A DNA stretch of 64,000 bases, taken from Bryobacterales bacterium (lineage in GTDB: Bacteria; Acidobacteriota; Terriglobia; Bryobacterales; Bryobacteraceae). The first letter of the stretch is position 1, and the number at the start of each line of letters is the position of its first letter. The translations under genes and the position numbers were made by a program. Of the stretch, positions 47,205-57,153 are shown piece by piece. The notes under the pieces were generated by a model. The model was not told the DNA's origin. It saw only the letters and a program-made list of their open reading frames with translations, and did not search any database. The stretch spans positions 3,956 to 67,955 of the forward strand of contig CAWEZD010000017.1 of assembly GCA_963813465.1 (NCBI GenBank), read 5' to 3'.

Positions 47205-48135
47205 CTAACCCGCCGGACGCACTTCCACCTGCTTATAAATCGCGCGGATCTGCCGCAGGGAGGGGAAATGGATGCCCGGCTGCGCGGCGGTGGCGGTGCC
47301 CGCGGCAACGCCCCAACGCAGTGATTCGGCGAAGGTTTTCCCGTTATCCATGCTCCAGACGAAAGCCGCCGCCAAGGCGTCTCCCGAACCGATGGGGCAG
47401 AGTACGTCCACGCGCGGAGGCAGAGCCTCGAAGATCCCCTCCGCCGATACGCCGATCGCGCCGCGGCTGCCGAGCTTGAGAATCACCGATTCCGGCCCCA
47501 TGGCGTGCATCCGGTTGACAGCTTCCAGAAACTGATTGCGGGTAAGCAGCGCGCGGCCCAATAGCCGCTCCGCCTCAGGCTGGTTGGGGCTGATAACGGA
47601 GGGCTTGGCCTCCAGCGCATGTTGCAGCGCCTCGCCGTCGGTATCGAGCAGAGTCTTGACTCCGTGGGCCTTGGCCAGCTCAATCAGCTCGCAGTAATAG
47701 TGCGGTGGGACGCCCGGCTGCATGCTCCCGCAAATCATCAGCCAGTGCGCCTTTCCCAGCAGAGCTTCGACCAGATCGCGAATGGCGCGAAGTTCCTGGG
47801 CTTGGAGCGGCGCGCCGACCTCGTTGAGCTTCACGGTCAGAGCCCTGCTTGTCGGAGATGGTCAGGTTGATGCGGCTCTCCGAGCCCACGTGCACGGCCT
47901 CAAAGGGGAAGCCCATGCCGGAGAGCGATTTTTCCATGCGCTCCCCAGCGGCGCCGCCCGAGGTCAACAGCGCCAGCGTCTTGCCCCCGAACGCGTGAAT
48001 CACATGCGAAGCGTTGATGCCCCGGCCTCCGGCGGCCTCGGCGCGGTCGAGAATATAGGCGCGGTCCTCGAAGACCAGCTTGTCCACGGTGACAGTGCGG
48101 TCGATGGCGGGATTGATGGTAAGGGTGAGGATCAA
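47205..48135 (-). pseudogene. PfkB-family sugar kinase (1-phosphofructokinase/tagatose-6-P kinase type), frame broken near 47841
   Basis: (M)ILTLTINPAIDRTVTV..GGRGINAS..INLTISDKQG in one frame continues as LTVKLNEVGAPL..GSGDALAAAFV in the other. The proposed start is TTG at 48135. The span is 931 nt (3n+1). Confidence 0.8.
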
Positions 48136-48151
48136 GCTAACATGGTAATCC

Positions 48152-49060
48152 TTGCGCGGCTCTTCTAAGTTCAAGGCACCACAGTTCGTGGCATATGTGG
48201 CGCTGGTGTGCGTGTGTTTCTTCTGGGGCACCACGTACCTGGGCATCCGCATCGCCGTGGAAGAGCTGCCTCCGGCCACGCTGATGTGCGTGCGCTATCT
48301 GCTTTCCGGCGCGGTGTTACTGACGATCGCAGGGTCGCGCGGCGCCTACATTCCGAGGGGGCGGGAGTTGTGGGCCACCGCATTCTATGGAGTGTTGACT
48401 ATCGGCGTGGGGACCGGTTCGCTCGCGTACGCGGAGGTGTGGGTTCCCAGCGGCCTCGCTTCCCTGTTCGTCACCACCGCGAGTTTCTGGCTGGTGGGCG
48501 CGGAAGCGGCGATGCCGGGCGGCGAGCCTCTGCACGGCCCCACCATCGGCGCGATGGCGATCGGCGCGGCCGGCGCGGCGCTGCTGGTTGCCCCCGGCGG
48601 AAGCGCGTTCGCTTCCGGATCGCGGTTGATGGTCGCGGGATTCGTGCTGATCCAAATCGGCTATGTGGGCTGGGCGCTGGGGTCGATTCTGCAACGCCGC
48701 CAAGACTCCAAGGCGCACCCGATTGTCAGCGCGGCGGTGCAGCAATTCGCCGCCGGCGCCGCGTTCATGGTGCCGGCGCTGGTGCAGACACAATCGACGC
48801 ACTGGACCGCGCGCGGCATCGAAGCAACCCTGTATCTGGCGGTCTTCGGAGGAATTATCGGCTATAGCGCTTACGTGATCGCGATGACCGAGCTTCCGGT
48901 GGCCGTCGCGTCGATTTATTCCTACGTCAATCCTCTGGTGGCGGTGCTGCTGGGCGTGTGGATTTACGGCGAGCAATTCACCGCGCGGGAAGGGGTCGCG
49001 ATGGGAATTATCTTCGCCGGCGTGGCTCTGGTGAAGCGGGCCCAGAGCAAGAAGCGATGA
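48152..49060 (+). CDS. EamA/DMT-family transporter
   Basis: Ten hydrophobic segments in two EamA-like halves, with FFWGTTYLGIRIAVEELPP. The start is uncertain (TTG 48152 or GTG 48187). Confidence 0.8.
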   Translation: MRGSSKFKAPQFVAYVALVCVCFFWGTTYLGIRIAVEELPPATLMCVRYLLSGAVLLTIAGSRGAYIPRGRELWATAFYGVLTIGVGTGSLAYAEVWVPSGLASLFVTTASFWLVGAEAAMPGGEPLHGPTIGAMAIGAAGAALLVAPGGSAFASGSRLMVAGFVLIQIGYVGWALGSILQRRQDSKAHPIVSAAVQQFAAGAAFMVPALVQTQSTHWTARGIEATLYLAVFGGIIGYSAYVIAMTELPVAVASIYSYVNPLVAVLLGVWIYGEQFTAREGVAMGIIFAGVALVKRAQSKKR

Positions 49061-49067
49061 TTGGGCG

Positions 49068-49682
49068 CTAATCGCGATGAAGGAGCTTCGCGCCCAGCGC
49101 TCCGCCGCAGGCCGGCAGCACCGTGAACATCAGGAACATCAAGGCCACGGCGGCCAGCAGTCCAGACGGGCTGCGGGTCATCTCAAGGACTTGATCGAAG
49201 TCCGCGGGAGGGGCCTTCAACTGCTGGCGCATGGCTTCGACAAACGCGGGGTTCGATAGCTCCGCCACCACCGCCGAGAGCAGCACCGCGGTAATCGTGA
49301 AGCCGATAATGCCGCTGATCCATCCCAAATGCGCTCCATGCGCCATCGAAAGCCTCTGTCCGGTGCGGCGCTGGTACAGGTAGACGGCCAGGAATCCAGC
49401 CGCCACCAGCCCCAAGGCGAAGGCCGCTGGAACGCGCAACTGGCTGGAAACGATCAAAAGCAGGAACGCCAGCACGCCCGACAGCAGCGCGACGCGCACG
49501 GCCGTGCGATTACGGAATCCGATGGGCGGGAACTGCGGTGCGGTGGCCGGAGGCGGAGGAGCAAGAGAAACCGGCGGTGCTTCCTCTACCAGGACCTGTT
49601 CTTCCCGCGTCGGCCTTCCGCATTTGTGGCAGAAACGGGCGTCTTCGGGAAGCTTCGCTCCACAGGTACAATATTCCGGCAC
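49068..49682 (-). CDS. Zinc-ribbon membrane protein
   Basis: N-terminal CTCGAKLPEDARFCHKCG (CxxC..CxxC), a Pro-rich linker and four TM segments. Confidence 0.65.
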   Translation of the reverse strand: MPEYCTCGAKLPEDARFCHKCGRPTREEQVLVEEAPPVSLAPPPPATAPQFPPIGFRNRTAVRVALLSGVLAFLLLIVSSQLRVPAAFALGLVAAGFLAVYLYQRRTGQRLSMAHGAHLGWISGIIGFTITAVLLSAVVAELSNPAFVEAMRQQLKAPPADFDQVLEMTRSPSGLLAAVALMFLMFTVLPACGGALGAKLLHRD

Positions 49683-49711
49683 GCCTTCAGTGTGGCACGT
49701 TATTCTAGACT

Positions 49712-50686
49712 ATGGCTATGTCCGTTCCCAAACTGCTGGTGATTGCCGATCCGAGGACTCCATTTATCAGTCCTCTTGCACGCGTACCGGCCAGCATGCG
49801 CGTGACCCTTACCGCGAATCCCGCCAAGTTGAGCGAGGCCGCCCCGGACGCCGACGCCATTTTATACGCCGCGACGAACGCGGAGTTGCTCGCTGGAGTC
49901 CTGCCGCTGGCCACGCGCGCGCGGTGGATTCATTCGCTGTGGACCGGGGTGGAGGGTATTCTCACGCCGGAGATGCTGGCGCATCCGGCGCAGCTCACCA
50001 ACGGCCGCGGAGTGTTTCGCTGGCCTCTGGCGGACTGGGTGATGGCGGCGATGCTGCACTTTTCCTTCGACCTGGGCCGCGTGATCCGGCAGCAGCAGGC
50101 GGGTGTGTGGGAGCCGTTCATGGCCGGCATGCTGGAGGGCAAGACGCTGGGCATTATCGGTTACGGTTCCATCGGCAGCGCCGCGGCGTCGCGCGCCAAG
50201 GGATTCGGGATGAAGATCGCGGCGTTGCGCCGCAGGCAGGAACAAAGCGCGGGCGATCCGCTGGTGGACGCATATTACACGAGCCCTCAATTGCACGAGC
50301 TGATGGGGGCCAGCGACTATCTGCTGCTGGCCACGCCGATCACGACCGAGACGCACGGGATGATCGGCGCGGCCGAGCTCGCGGCCATGCAGCCCAGCGC
50401 CGTGCTGATGAACGTGGGGCGCGGGGCGGTGCTGGATGAAGCCGCGCTGATTCAAGCGCTCGAATCCGGCAAAATCCGCGGCGCGGCTCTGGACGTGTTC
50501 ACGGTGGAGCCTCTGCCCGCCGGGCATCCCTTTTACCGCATGCCCAACGTGCTGCTTTCCCCGCACACCGCCGATCGCGTCGAGGGGTTCATGGAGCCCC
50601 CCTTCGAAGCGTTTCTCGAAAACCTGGATCGTTTCCTCAAAGACGAGCCTCTTGAGAATCTGGTGGACAAGCATGCCGGTTACTGA
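49712..50686 (+). CDS. D-isomer-specific 2-hydroxyacid dehydrogenase family protein
   Basis: GKTLGIIGYGSIGSAAASRAKGFGMKI, NVGRGAVLDEAAL, SPHTAD. Confidence 0.9.
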   Translation: MAMSVPKLLVIADPRTPFISPLARVPASMRVTLTANPAKLSEAAPDADAILYAATNAELLAGVLPLATRARWIHSLWTGVEGILTPEMLAHPAQLTNGRGVFRWPLADWVMAAMLHFSFDLGRVIRQQQAGVWEPFMAGMLEGKTLGIIGYGSIGSAAASRAKGFGMKIAALRRRQEQSAGDPLVDAYYTSPQLHELMGASDYLLLATPITTETHGMIGAAELAAMQPSAVLMNVGRGAVLDEAALIQALESGKIRGAALDVFTVEPLPAGHPFYRMPNVLLSPHTADRVEGFMEPPFEAFLENLDRFLKDEPLENLVDKHAGY

Positions 50687-51657
50687 GCCGCGCTCATTGG
50701 ATAAGATCTGCGTCGCCTTCGAGGACATCCGCGAGGCCGGCTTGCGCATTCGTCCCATCGCCAAGCGCACGCCCGTGATGACTTCGCGCGGCTTCAACGC
50801 CGCCGCCGGAATCGAAGCCTTCTTCAAGTGCGAGAATCTGCAAACCGGCGGCGCGTTCAAAATCCGCGGAGCGTCGAATTTCGTCTCCCGGCTTTCCTCC
50901 GAGCAACTGGCGCGGGGAGTGGTGGCCTATTCGAGCGGCAATCACGCGCAGGCGGTGGCCATCGCCGCGCGAGCCTGGGGCGCACAAGCAACGCTGGTGA
51001 TGCCTCTCGATGCCCCGCGCTCGAAAGTAGAGGCCACGCGCGCGCAGGGCGCCCGCATCGTCACCTACGACCGCTTGCGGGAGGATCGCACGGCCATTGG
51101 CAAGCGCATCGCGGAAGAGACCGGCGCGACGCTGGTTCCTCCCTTCGATCATCCCTGGACCATCGCCGGCCAGGGCACGGCGGCGCTGGAGTTGATCGAG
51201 GAGATTCCGGCTTTGGACGCTATCGTGGTTCCCATTGGTGGCGGAGGCTTGATCTCGGGCTGCTCGATCGCAGCCAAGCATCTGCGGCCGGGAATTCGTG
51301 TGATCGGGGTCGAGCCGGCGGACGGCAACGACACTTTTCTGTCGCTGGCCGCAGGCAAGCGCGTGGAGATTCCCCCGCCGGAGACCATCGCCGACGGACT
51401 GCGCAGTCCTTCGCCCGGCGAGCTGACGTTCCCCATCATCCAGCGCAATGTCGAGCGCGTCGTGCTGGTGACGGATTCGGAGATTCGCGAAGCTATGAAG
51501 TTCCTTCTGGCGCGCATGAAGATTCTGGTCGAGCCGAGCGGCGCGGTGACGGCTGGCGGCGGCGCTATCCGGCAAACTGCCCTCGGGCCTGGGGCGCACC
51601 GGCCTGGTGCTTTCGGGCGGCAATGTGGACTTGGAGATGCTAGCGGATCTGTCATGA
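50673..51657 (+). pseudogene. PLP-dependent threonine/serine dehydratase-family enzyme, frame broken near 51551
   Basis: FFKCENLQTGGAFKIRGA, SSGNHAQAVA, PIGGGGLISG. After EPSGAVT the alternative frame reads LAAALSGKLPSGLGRTGLVLSGGNVDLEMLADLS-stop, ending in an ATGA overlap with the next gene. The span is 985 nt (3n+1). Confidence 0.85.
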
Positions 51658-52253
51658 CCGCGTTCCTGCTGTCGCTGTTTCTGTTCGCCGATCCGTATTG
51701 GGTGAACAAGCCGCCGGCGGAGTGGACCGACACGCAATTGACCGCGCTTCTAACCAATTCGCCGTGGGCGCAGGCAGTGGAGGGTCCGGGACAGAACGCG
51801 CCTCCGGTGGAGGTGTTCCTGGCGACAGCCGCTCCCATCCAGCTTGCGGAGAAGGAGCGCGACCGCCGCATTCAGGCTCGCCGCACGCCGGGGCCCCTGC
51901 CGCCTGAGAGCCCCGCGGTCGCCGAATACCGGCTGTGGCTGGAGGACAATCGCGCCACCCAGATCGTGGTGGCCGTGCCGATCCAGAACAACAAAGGTTT
52001 TCTGGACGAGCGCGAGGTCCGGCGCATGGAAGACGAAAGCGTTATGCGCGTGGGCAAGAGAAAGATCAAGCTGACCGGCAGCTTCCCGCCTTCGGAAGCC
52101 GACCCGTATCTGCGGCTGGCGTTCCCGCGCCAAGTCGAGCTGAGCGATAAGACGTTGTACTTCGATCTCTACCTTCCGGGCATTCCTGCGCCATTCCGTA
52201 GCGCGGAGTTTGCGCTGAAGGACATGATTGTGGCGGGCAAGCTGGAGCTGTAG
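51654..52253 (+). CDS. Hypothetical secreted/membrane-anchored protein
   Basis: The start ATG overlaps the corrected dehydratase stop. The N-terminus is MTAFLLSLFLFADPYW. I recognise no family. Confidence 0.55.
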   Translation: MTAFLLSLFLFADPYWVNKPPAEWTDTQLTALLTNSPWAQAVEGPGQNAPPVEVFLATAAPIQLAEKERDRRIQARRTPGPLPPESPAVAEYRLWLEDNRATQIVVAVPIQNNKGFLDEREVRRMEDESVMRVGKRKIKLTGSFPPSEADPYLRLAFPRQVELSDKTLYFDLYLPGIPAPFRSAEFALKDMIVAGKLEL

Positions 52254-52290
52254 GCGGCCAGTTTCATGCCACGATACGGGAGGTGGCTCG

Positions 52291-52503
52291 ATGATCGATG
52301 CGAGGCAGGCTATCTATATCGCGAGACGAAAGGCCGCTGAGGTGCTTCAAACCGCCTTAAGTGTGGAGGAGATCGAAAGAGAGTCCTACAAGGACCGCGA
52401 CGTCTGGAGTATAACCGACCCATTCCAATACAAGCGCTTTCTGATTGACGTTGAGACTGAAGAGTTGCTGGCTGTGAAGATGCGTGAAGTCGCCTCGCAA
52501 TGA
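52291..52503 (+). CDS. Small protein (70 aa), possible antitoxin-position partner of the PIN-like gene
   Basis: GGGAGG RBS 8 nt before ATG 52291. The stop overlaps the next start (ATGA). Sequence MIDARQAIYIARRKAAEVL..FLIDVETEELLAVKM. Confidence 0.5.
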   Translation: MIDARQAIYIARRKAAEVLQTALSVEEIERESYKDRDVWSITDPFQYKRFLIDVETEELLAVKMREVASQ

Positions 52504-53048
52504 GCTCTGCGGTACTTCGGCCCGCCGGCGGACTTCTGGTCGACACGAATCTTCTTGTTCTTTGGGTCGTCGGCGGAGTTAACCGCAACCCCATCGAGAC
52601 ATTCAAGAGAACGAGCAACTATACAAAGACGGATTACGATTTCTTGCGGCGAGTGCTTGCGAATTTCGAAACGCTCTATACGGTGCCCCATGTTTTGGCC
52701 GAGGTCGGTAACCTTACCGATCTTCCGGGCGTTGAAAGGCAGCACGCCCGGCGCTTTCTAAAGAGAACCATTTCGTTATTGAAGGAAGCGGAGATGCCCA
52801 GCACCCGCTCCGCGGAAGATTCCCTCTACCCCAAGCTCGGACTTGTCGACGCCGCCATTGGCGCGGTGGCGCGAGTCACCGAAATCGTCCAGGCGACGAA
52901 ACTCACGCCTGCTTACGGTTCATCAGATTCCTGCGCAGAGCCCTCTTTTTTAAGACCCGTCAAAATTGTGCGCAAGTTGTCGCTGAACGCACCGCGCGGT
53001 GTAGGCCGATGGGCAACGATGTTTGTGCGCCGGCGGTGGTATCGTTAG
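52500..53048 (+). CDS. PIN-like domain protein (182 aa) with an atypical C-terminal third
   Basis: LLVDTNLLVLWVVG, TVPHVLAEVGNL and LGLVDAAIGAVA match three of the four acidic PIN positions. Residues after ~130 do not look PIN-like. Confidence 0.5.
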   Translation: MSSAVLRPAGGLLVDTNLLVLWVVGGVNRNPIETFKRTSNYTKTDYDFLRRVLANFETLYTVPHVLAEVGNLTDLPGVERQHARRFLKRTISLLKEAEMPSTRSAEDSLYPKLGLVDAAIGAVARVTEIVQATKLTPAYGSSDSCAEPSFLRPVKIVRKLSLNAPRGVGRWATMFVRRRWYR

Positions 53049-53088
53049 AGAAAATCCAATTCCGAGGACCCTGAGAGGCGTTTGCCCG

Positions 53089-56000
53089 ATGTCCGGAGAG
53101 CTAGAGTTGAAAGACGCGAAGCGCATCTTCGATCAAGCGGTCGAGATGGGTGCGGACGAGCGGGCAGTGTTTTTGGAAAGTGCTTGCGGGAGCAGTGCGG
53201 ATCTGCGCCGCCGGGTAGAGTCCATGCTGGACGAGTTTGAAAGCGATAGTGGCGCGAGCACATACACCATCCCAAGTCCGCCCTGGATCGACAGCCCAAA
53301 ATCCTCCTTAGCGGAACCGAAAGACGCGGAATTCGAGGGAACGGAGCGCTTCACCGTACAACGTCAACTGGGGTCAGGGGCATTTGGCACCGTCTACAAA
53401 GTCTGGGACAGAGAGCAACAGGTAACCGTTGCGGTTAAAGTGCTGCGCAGCCGGCGGCCGGACCTGCTATTCCGTTTCAAACGCGAGTTCCGTGCCCTTG
53501 TCGGTGTGCGGCATCCGAATCTAGTGCGGTTGTATGAGCTGTTTTCAGAAGGCGACCACTGGTTCTTCAGCATGGAACTTGTGGAAGGAGAGAACTTCCT
53601 CGAGTATGTGCGGCCAGGCGGAGGACCTTGCAGGTTTGACCGGATGCGATCGTCGCTGCGTCAGCTTGTCGAGGGGGTTCAAGCCTTGCACGCGGCCAAG
53701 AAACTACACCGCGACCTTAAGCCCGGTAATGCGTTAGTAACGGGTTCCGGCCGTGTGGTAGTCCTCGACTTTGGATTGGTTCGTGAGTTGGATCTCCTGG
53801 TGGGGGAGCAGAGCCAAACGATGGTGGCCGGCACACCTGCTTACATGGCCCCCGAACAGGCTCTCCAGGGTCAGTTGAGCGAAGCTTCGGACTGGTATGC
53901 CGTGGGCGTGATGCTTTTTCAGGCACTCACCGGCAAACTCCCGCATACGGAATCAGTCCTGAAGTTGTTGGCGCAGAACCCGCCCGAGGCCCTTCTGGAG
54001 CCGCGGCAGATCGACCCGGATATACCCGAAGACCTCAATGAACTCTGCCGGCGTTTGCTGCAGAAATCGGCGGCGGATAGGCCCGATGTGACGGCTATAC
54101 TTGCGGCGGTGGGAGTCGCAACTCCGCCCACGAGCGGAGAGGATCCAGTCGAGTACCGTAGCGACGTTGAGCACTTCGTGGGCAGGTCGGAACAGCTGGC
54201 GCAGATGGAGGCTGCGTTTGCGGATACGCAGGAGGGGCGTTTTAACGTTCTGCTAATGCATGGCCGCTCGGGGATCGGAAAAACGGCTCTGGTAAGCCGA
54301 TTTCTCGGGCTCCTGGCAGAACGCCACTCAAACCTCATCGTACTGAAGGGACGCTGTTACGAGTTCGAGTCAGTTCCCTACAAGGGATTAGATGCTCTGG
54401 TAGATGAACTCAGCCGGTACATGCAACGCCTGCCGGAAGGCCGCGTCGAGGCGCTTCTACCGCGAGACGCCTTACTATTGCCGAAGTTATTCCCGGTTTT
54501 AGGGCGGGTGAAGGCGATTGCGAAAGCCCCAGCTCGCTCGGCCGTTGTGCCCGACGCGCAAGAACTGCGGCAGCGCACCTTTGCTGCCCTACGAGAGCTG
54601 CTGGCTCGATTAAGCGATAGAAAGCCGCTGGTGATCTGGATCGACGATCTGCAGTGGGGAGACCGCGACAGCAGTACGTTCTTAGCCGACCTTTGTGCGC
54701 CGCCACAGCAGCCTTCTCTACTATTGGTGCTTACCTACCGCAGCGAGGAGTTGGCTTCCAACGCTACGCTCCAGTATCTACACCAGGTGCTCGCAAATCA
54801 ACGCGTGGTGGGCAATTGGCGCCAGATGGTGCTGGATGAACTGAGTGATGAGGATACTCAGCAACTGCTGCGCGACCTGCTCCCGAAGGAAAAGACTGTC
54901 GCAGCATCCGCGCAGGCAAGGATCATAGAAGAAGTCGGGGGCCATCCTCTGTTTCTGCAGCAGCTAGTACGCTTTGCATCTTCTCGAACTGCGGACGCAC
55001 CGCTTAACACCACCGGAGAAGAGTGGGATCTGCGGACAGTTCTACGGCAACGGGTCGAGCAGTTGCCTCCGTTTGCGCGTGAAATCTTGGAGTTCATCTG
55101 CATCGCCGCACAGCCACTAACAATATCGGTACTATTCACGGCCGCGGGTTCGGGAAAGATGGATGAGCGGGTAGAAGCGTTGGCGCTGCTCATTCGGGAA
55201 AAATTTGCCCGGAGTTCAGGGACGAGCAGTGGGCGGCGCGTAGAGCCGTTTCATGACCAGATTCGCACCACAGTGGCGGAATCGCTAACGCCAGAAATCC
55301 GTAGGGCAAGACATGCGCGGCTCGCCGCCATACTGGCGCTGCAGCCGGACGTGGAGCCGCAGGTATTGGTGACACATTATCAGCAAGCGGGCGATTTACC
55401 TGCGGCTTACGAGGCTGCGCTGAGGGCGGCCCAGTTTGCAGAGGGCCAACTGGCGTTTGATCGTGCAGCGGTATTTTACCAAGCCGCCCTTGCGGCCGGA
55501 CAGACGGAACCGGGCCGCCGTGCCGAACTCTGGCGGAAGCTGGCAGACACCCTAGGTTTAGCGGGCCGAGGGCGAGACTCGGCTCATGCCTACTTGAAAG
55601 CCGCGGAATCCGACGATAGATTCGAGCTCAAACGCCTGGCAGCGGACCAGTTGATGCGAAGCGGGTATATCGACGAAGCGCTGGAGCTGTTGGAAAAACT
55701 GGCTCGCCAAGTTGGTATCCGCGTCCCGCGTGGCCCCGCGGAGGCCGTTAGAGGCATGTTGCGCGCCAGGGTGTTCGCACGCGCCCGCCTTCTCTTCGGC
55801 GTACCGAAACCTACGAACAAGCATATCAGCGGCGAAGATCTGGAGAGATTGGAACTATTACGCACGGGTGGTTTCATTCTTAACATAGCTGACCCAGTTC
55901 TTGCCACCTACTTCGAGACGCAGTATATCGTTGAGGCGCTGCGGCTGCGGGAGCCAGTACACTTGTCACTCGCACTTGCAGTCGAATCAAGCATTCGGGT

Positions 56001-57015
56001 TGCCGGGCGCAACGGGGATGCGAAAGCCTCTTTTGCCTTGCTGGACTCAGCCGAGGAAATGGCAAAGACCACGGGAAATCCGAACGCCCTCGGGATGATC
56101 CATCTCATTCGCGCCTACTCGGACTATCTCTTGTGCAGGATCCCGGAAGGCATAACCCATGGGCGTCAGGCAGTCGAATTCCTTCGAGAACGCTGTACTG
56201 GCGTGGCCTGGGAGACGACGGCGGGCTACGTTCTTCTTTTTTGGTCGATGTGCTGGGCAGGCCACACGAGGGAAGTGCGTGAACAACTTCCAGCGCTACT
56301 GAAGGACGGTGCGGCTCGCGGGGATGTAAACATGGAGGTTAGCCTCCGGCTGCTTAGCTACGTACACTATTATTACCTCAGCCTGGATCGGCCTCATGAG
56401 TGCATCCGGGAATGTCAAAGGGCGCTCGGGCGTTGGTCTCGGAAAGGATACCATCTGCAACATTACGGTGGGATGTTTGCCTTGGTAGAGTGCTACCTGT
56501 ATCTAGGCGATTATGAACAGGCACGGCAGTGTCTGCTTGCTGATTGGGACCTCATGTCACGGTCCTTTATTCTGCGATGGCAGACGTTGCTTATCATGGC
56601 ACTTTTCCTGAGAGGGCGAGTTGCGTTGGCGTGCTGGCTTGAGAACAATCGGGACACTGCGCTCCGCGCCGAGGTCGAATATTACGCGAAGCGGCTCAAG
56701 AAAATCCATTGCGCCTGGTGTCAGCCGATGAGCTTGGTCCTGCAGGCTGGGCTGGTTGCCGGCGACGGGGGGAATATCGAGGCCGCGCGCCTCCTTGAAC
56801 ATGCCGGCGTAGAATTTGAGAAAGTATCCCTTCATGGCTATGCTTCTGCGGCGCTCCATGTTGCGGGGCTACTCAGCGGAGACGAACGCGGAAGAGTCCT
56901 ACAGACATCGGCAACCGATTTTTGGCATTCTCAGGATGTGGTCAACCCCTCGGCGTTCTTAAGGATGTATCTTCCCGGCAGATGGGTTGCGGAACATCCC
57001 CGGGGTACGCAATGA
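53089..57015 (+). CDS. Ser/Thr protein kinase fused to a STAND-type AAA ATPase and TPR-like helical repeats (1308 aa)
   Basis: Kinase motifs GSGAFGTVYK, AVK, HRDLKPGNALV, DFGL, GTPAYMAPE. P-loop LLMHGRSGIGKTALV and Walker B LVIWIDDLQWGD. A long helical C-terminus follows. Confidence 0.9.
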   Translation: MSGELELKDAKRIFDQAVEMGADERAVFLESACGSSADLRRRVESMLDEFESDSGASTYTIPSPPWIDSPKSSLAEPKDAEFEGTERFTVQRQLGSGAFGTVYKVWDREQQVTVAVKVLRSRRPDLLFRFKREFRALVGVRHPNLVRLYELFSEGDHWFFSMELVEGENFLEYVRPGGGPCRFDRMRSSLRQLVEGVQALHAAKKLHRDLKPGNALVTGSGRVVVLDFGLVRELDLLVGEQSQTMVAGTPAYMAPEQALQGQLSEASDWYAVGVMLFQALTGKLPHTESVLKLLAQNPPEALLEPRQIDPDIPEDLNELCRRLLQKSAADRPDVTAILAAVGVATPPTSGEDPVEYRSDVEHFVGRSEQLAQMEAAFADTQEGRFNVLLMHGRSGIGKTALVSRFLGLLAERHSNLIVLKGRCYEFESVPYKGLDALVDELSRYMQRLPEGRVEALLPRDALLLPKLFPVLGRVKAIAKAPARSAVVPDAQELRQRTFAALRELLARLSDRKPLVIWIDDLQWGDRDSSTFLADLCAPPQQPSLLLVLTYRSEELASNATLQYLHQVLANQRVVGNWRQMVLDELSDEDTQQLLRDLLPKEKTVAASAQARIIEEVGGHPLFLQQLVRFASSRTADAPLNTTGEEWDLRTVLRQRVEQLPPFAREILEFICIAAQPLTISVLFTAAGSGKMDERVEALALLIREKFARSSGTSSGRRVEPFHDQIRTTVAESLTPEIRRARHARLAAILALQPDVEPQVLVTHYQQAGDLPAAYEAALRAAQFAEGQLAFDRAAVFYQAALAAGQTEPGRRAELWRKLADTLGLAGRGRDSAHAYLKAAESDDRFELKRLAADQLMRSGYIDEALELLEKLARQVGIRVPRGPAEAVRGMLRARVFARARLLFGVPKPTNKHISGEDLERLELLRTGGFILNIADPVLATYFETQYIVEALRLREPVHLSLALAVESSIRVAGRNGDAKASFALLDSAEEMAKTTGNPNALGMIHLIRAYSDYLLCRIPEGITHGRQAVEFLRERCTGVAWETTAGYVLLFWSMCWAGHTREVREQLPALLKDGAARGDVNMEVSLRLLSYVHYYYLSLDRPHECIRECQRALGRWSRKGYHLQHYGGMFALVECYLYLGDYEQARQCLLADWDLMSRSFILRWQTLLIMALFLRGRVALACWLENNRDTALRAEVEYYAKRLKKIHCAWCQPMSLVLQAGLVAGDGGNIEAARLLEHAGVEFEKVSLHGYASAALHVAGLLSGDERGRVLQTSATDFWHSQDVVNPSAFLRMYLPGRWVAEHPRGTQ

Positions 57016-57153
57016 CTGCAATCAGGCCACCCGCACCGTTTAAGAAGTTAACGTGATCTATTTCGGCTATTTACGGGTGCAAGGGTTGAGAGGCTGATCG
57101 GCAAGGCTATACTTGGGCAAGGATCGGCTCAACGAGAGCCCCTGGAGGCGAAA

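Noticed and set aside
50652-52253. A single 533-aa bifunctional protein
   Set aside because: The middle segment is compositional noise. A 1-nt correction yields two normal genes with an ATGA junction.
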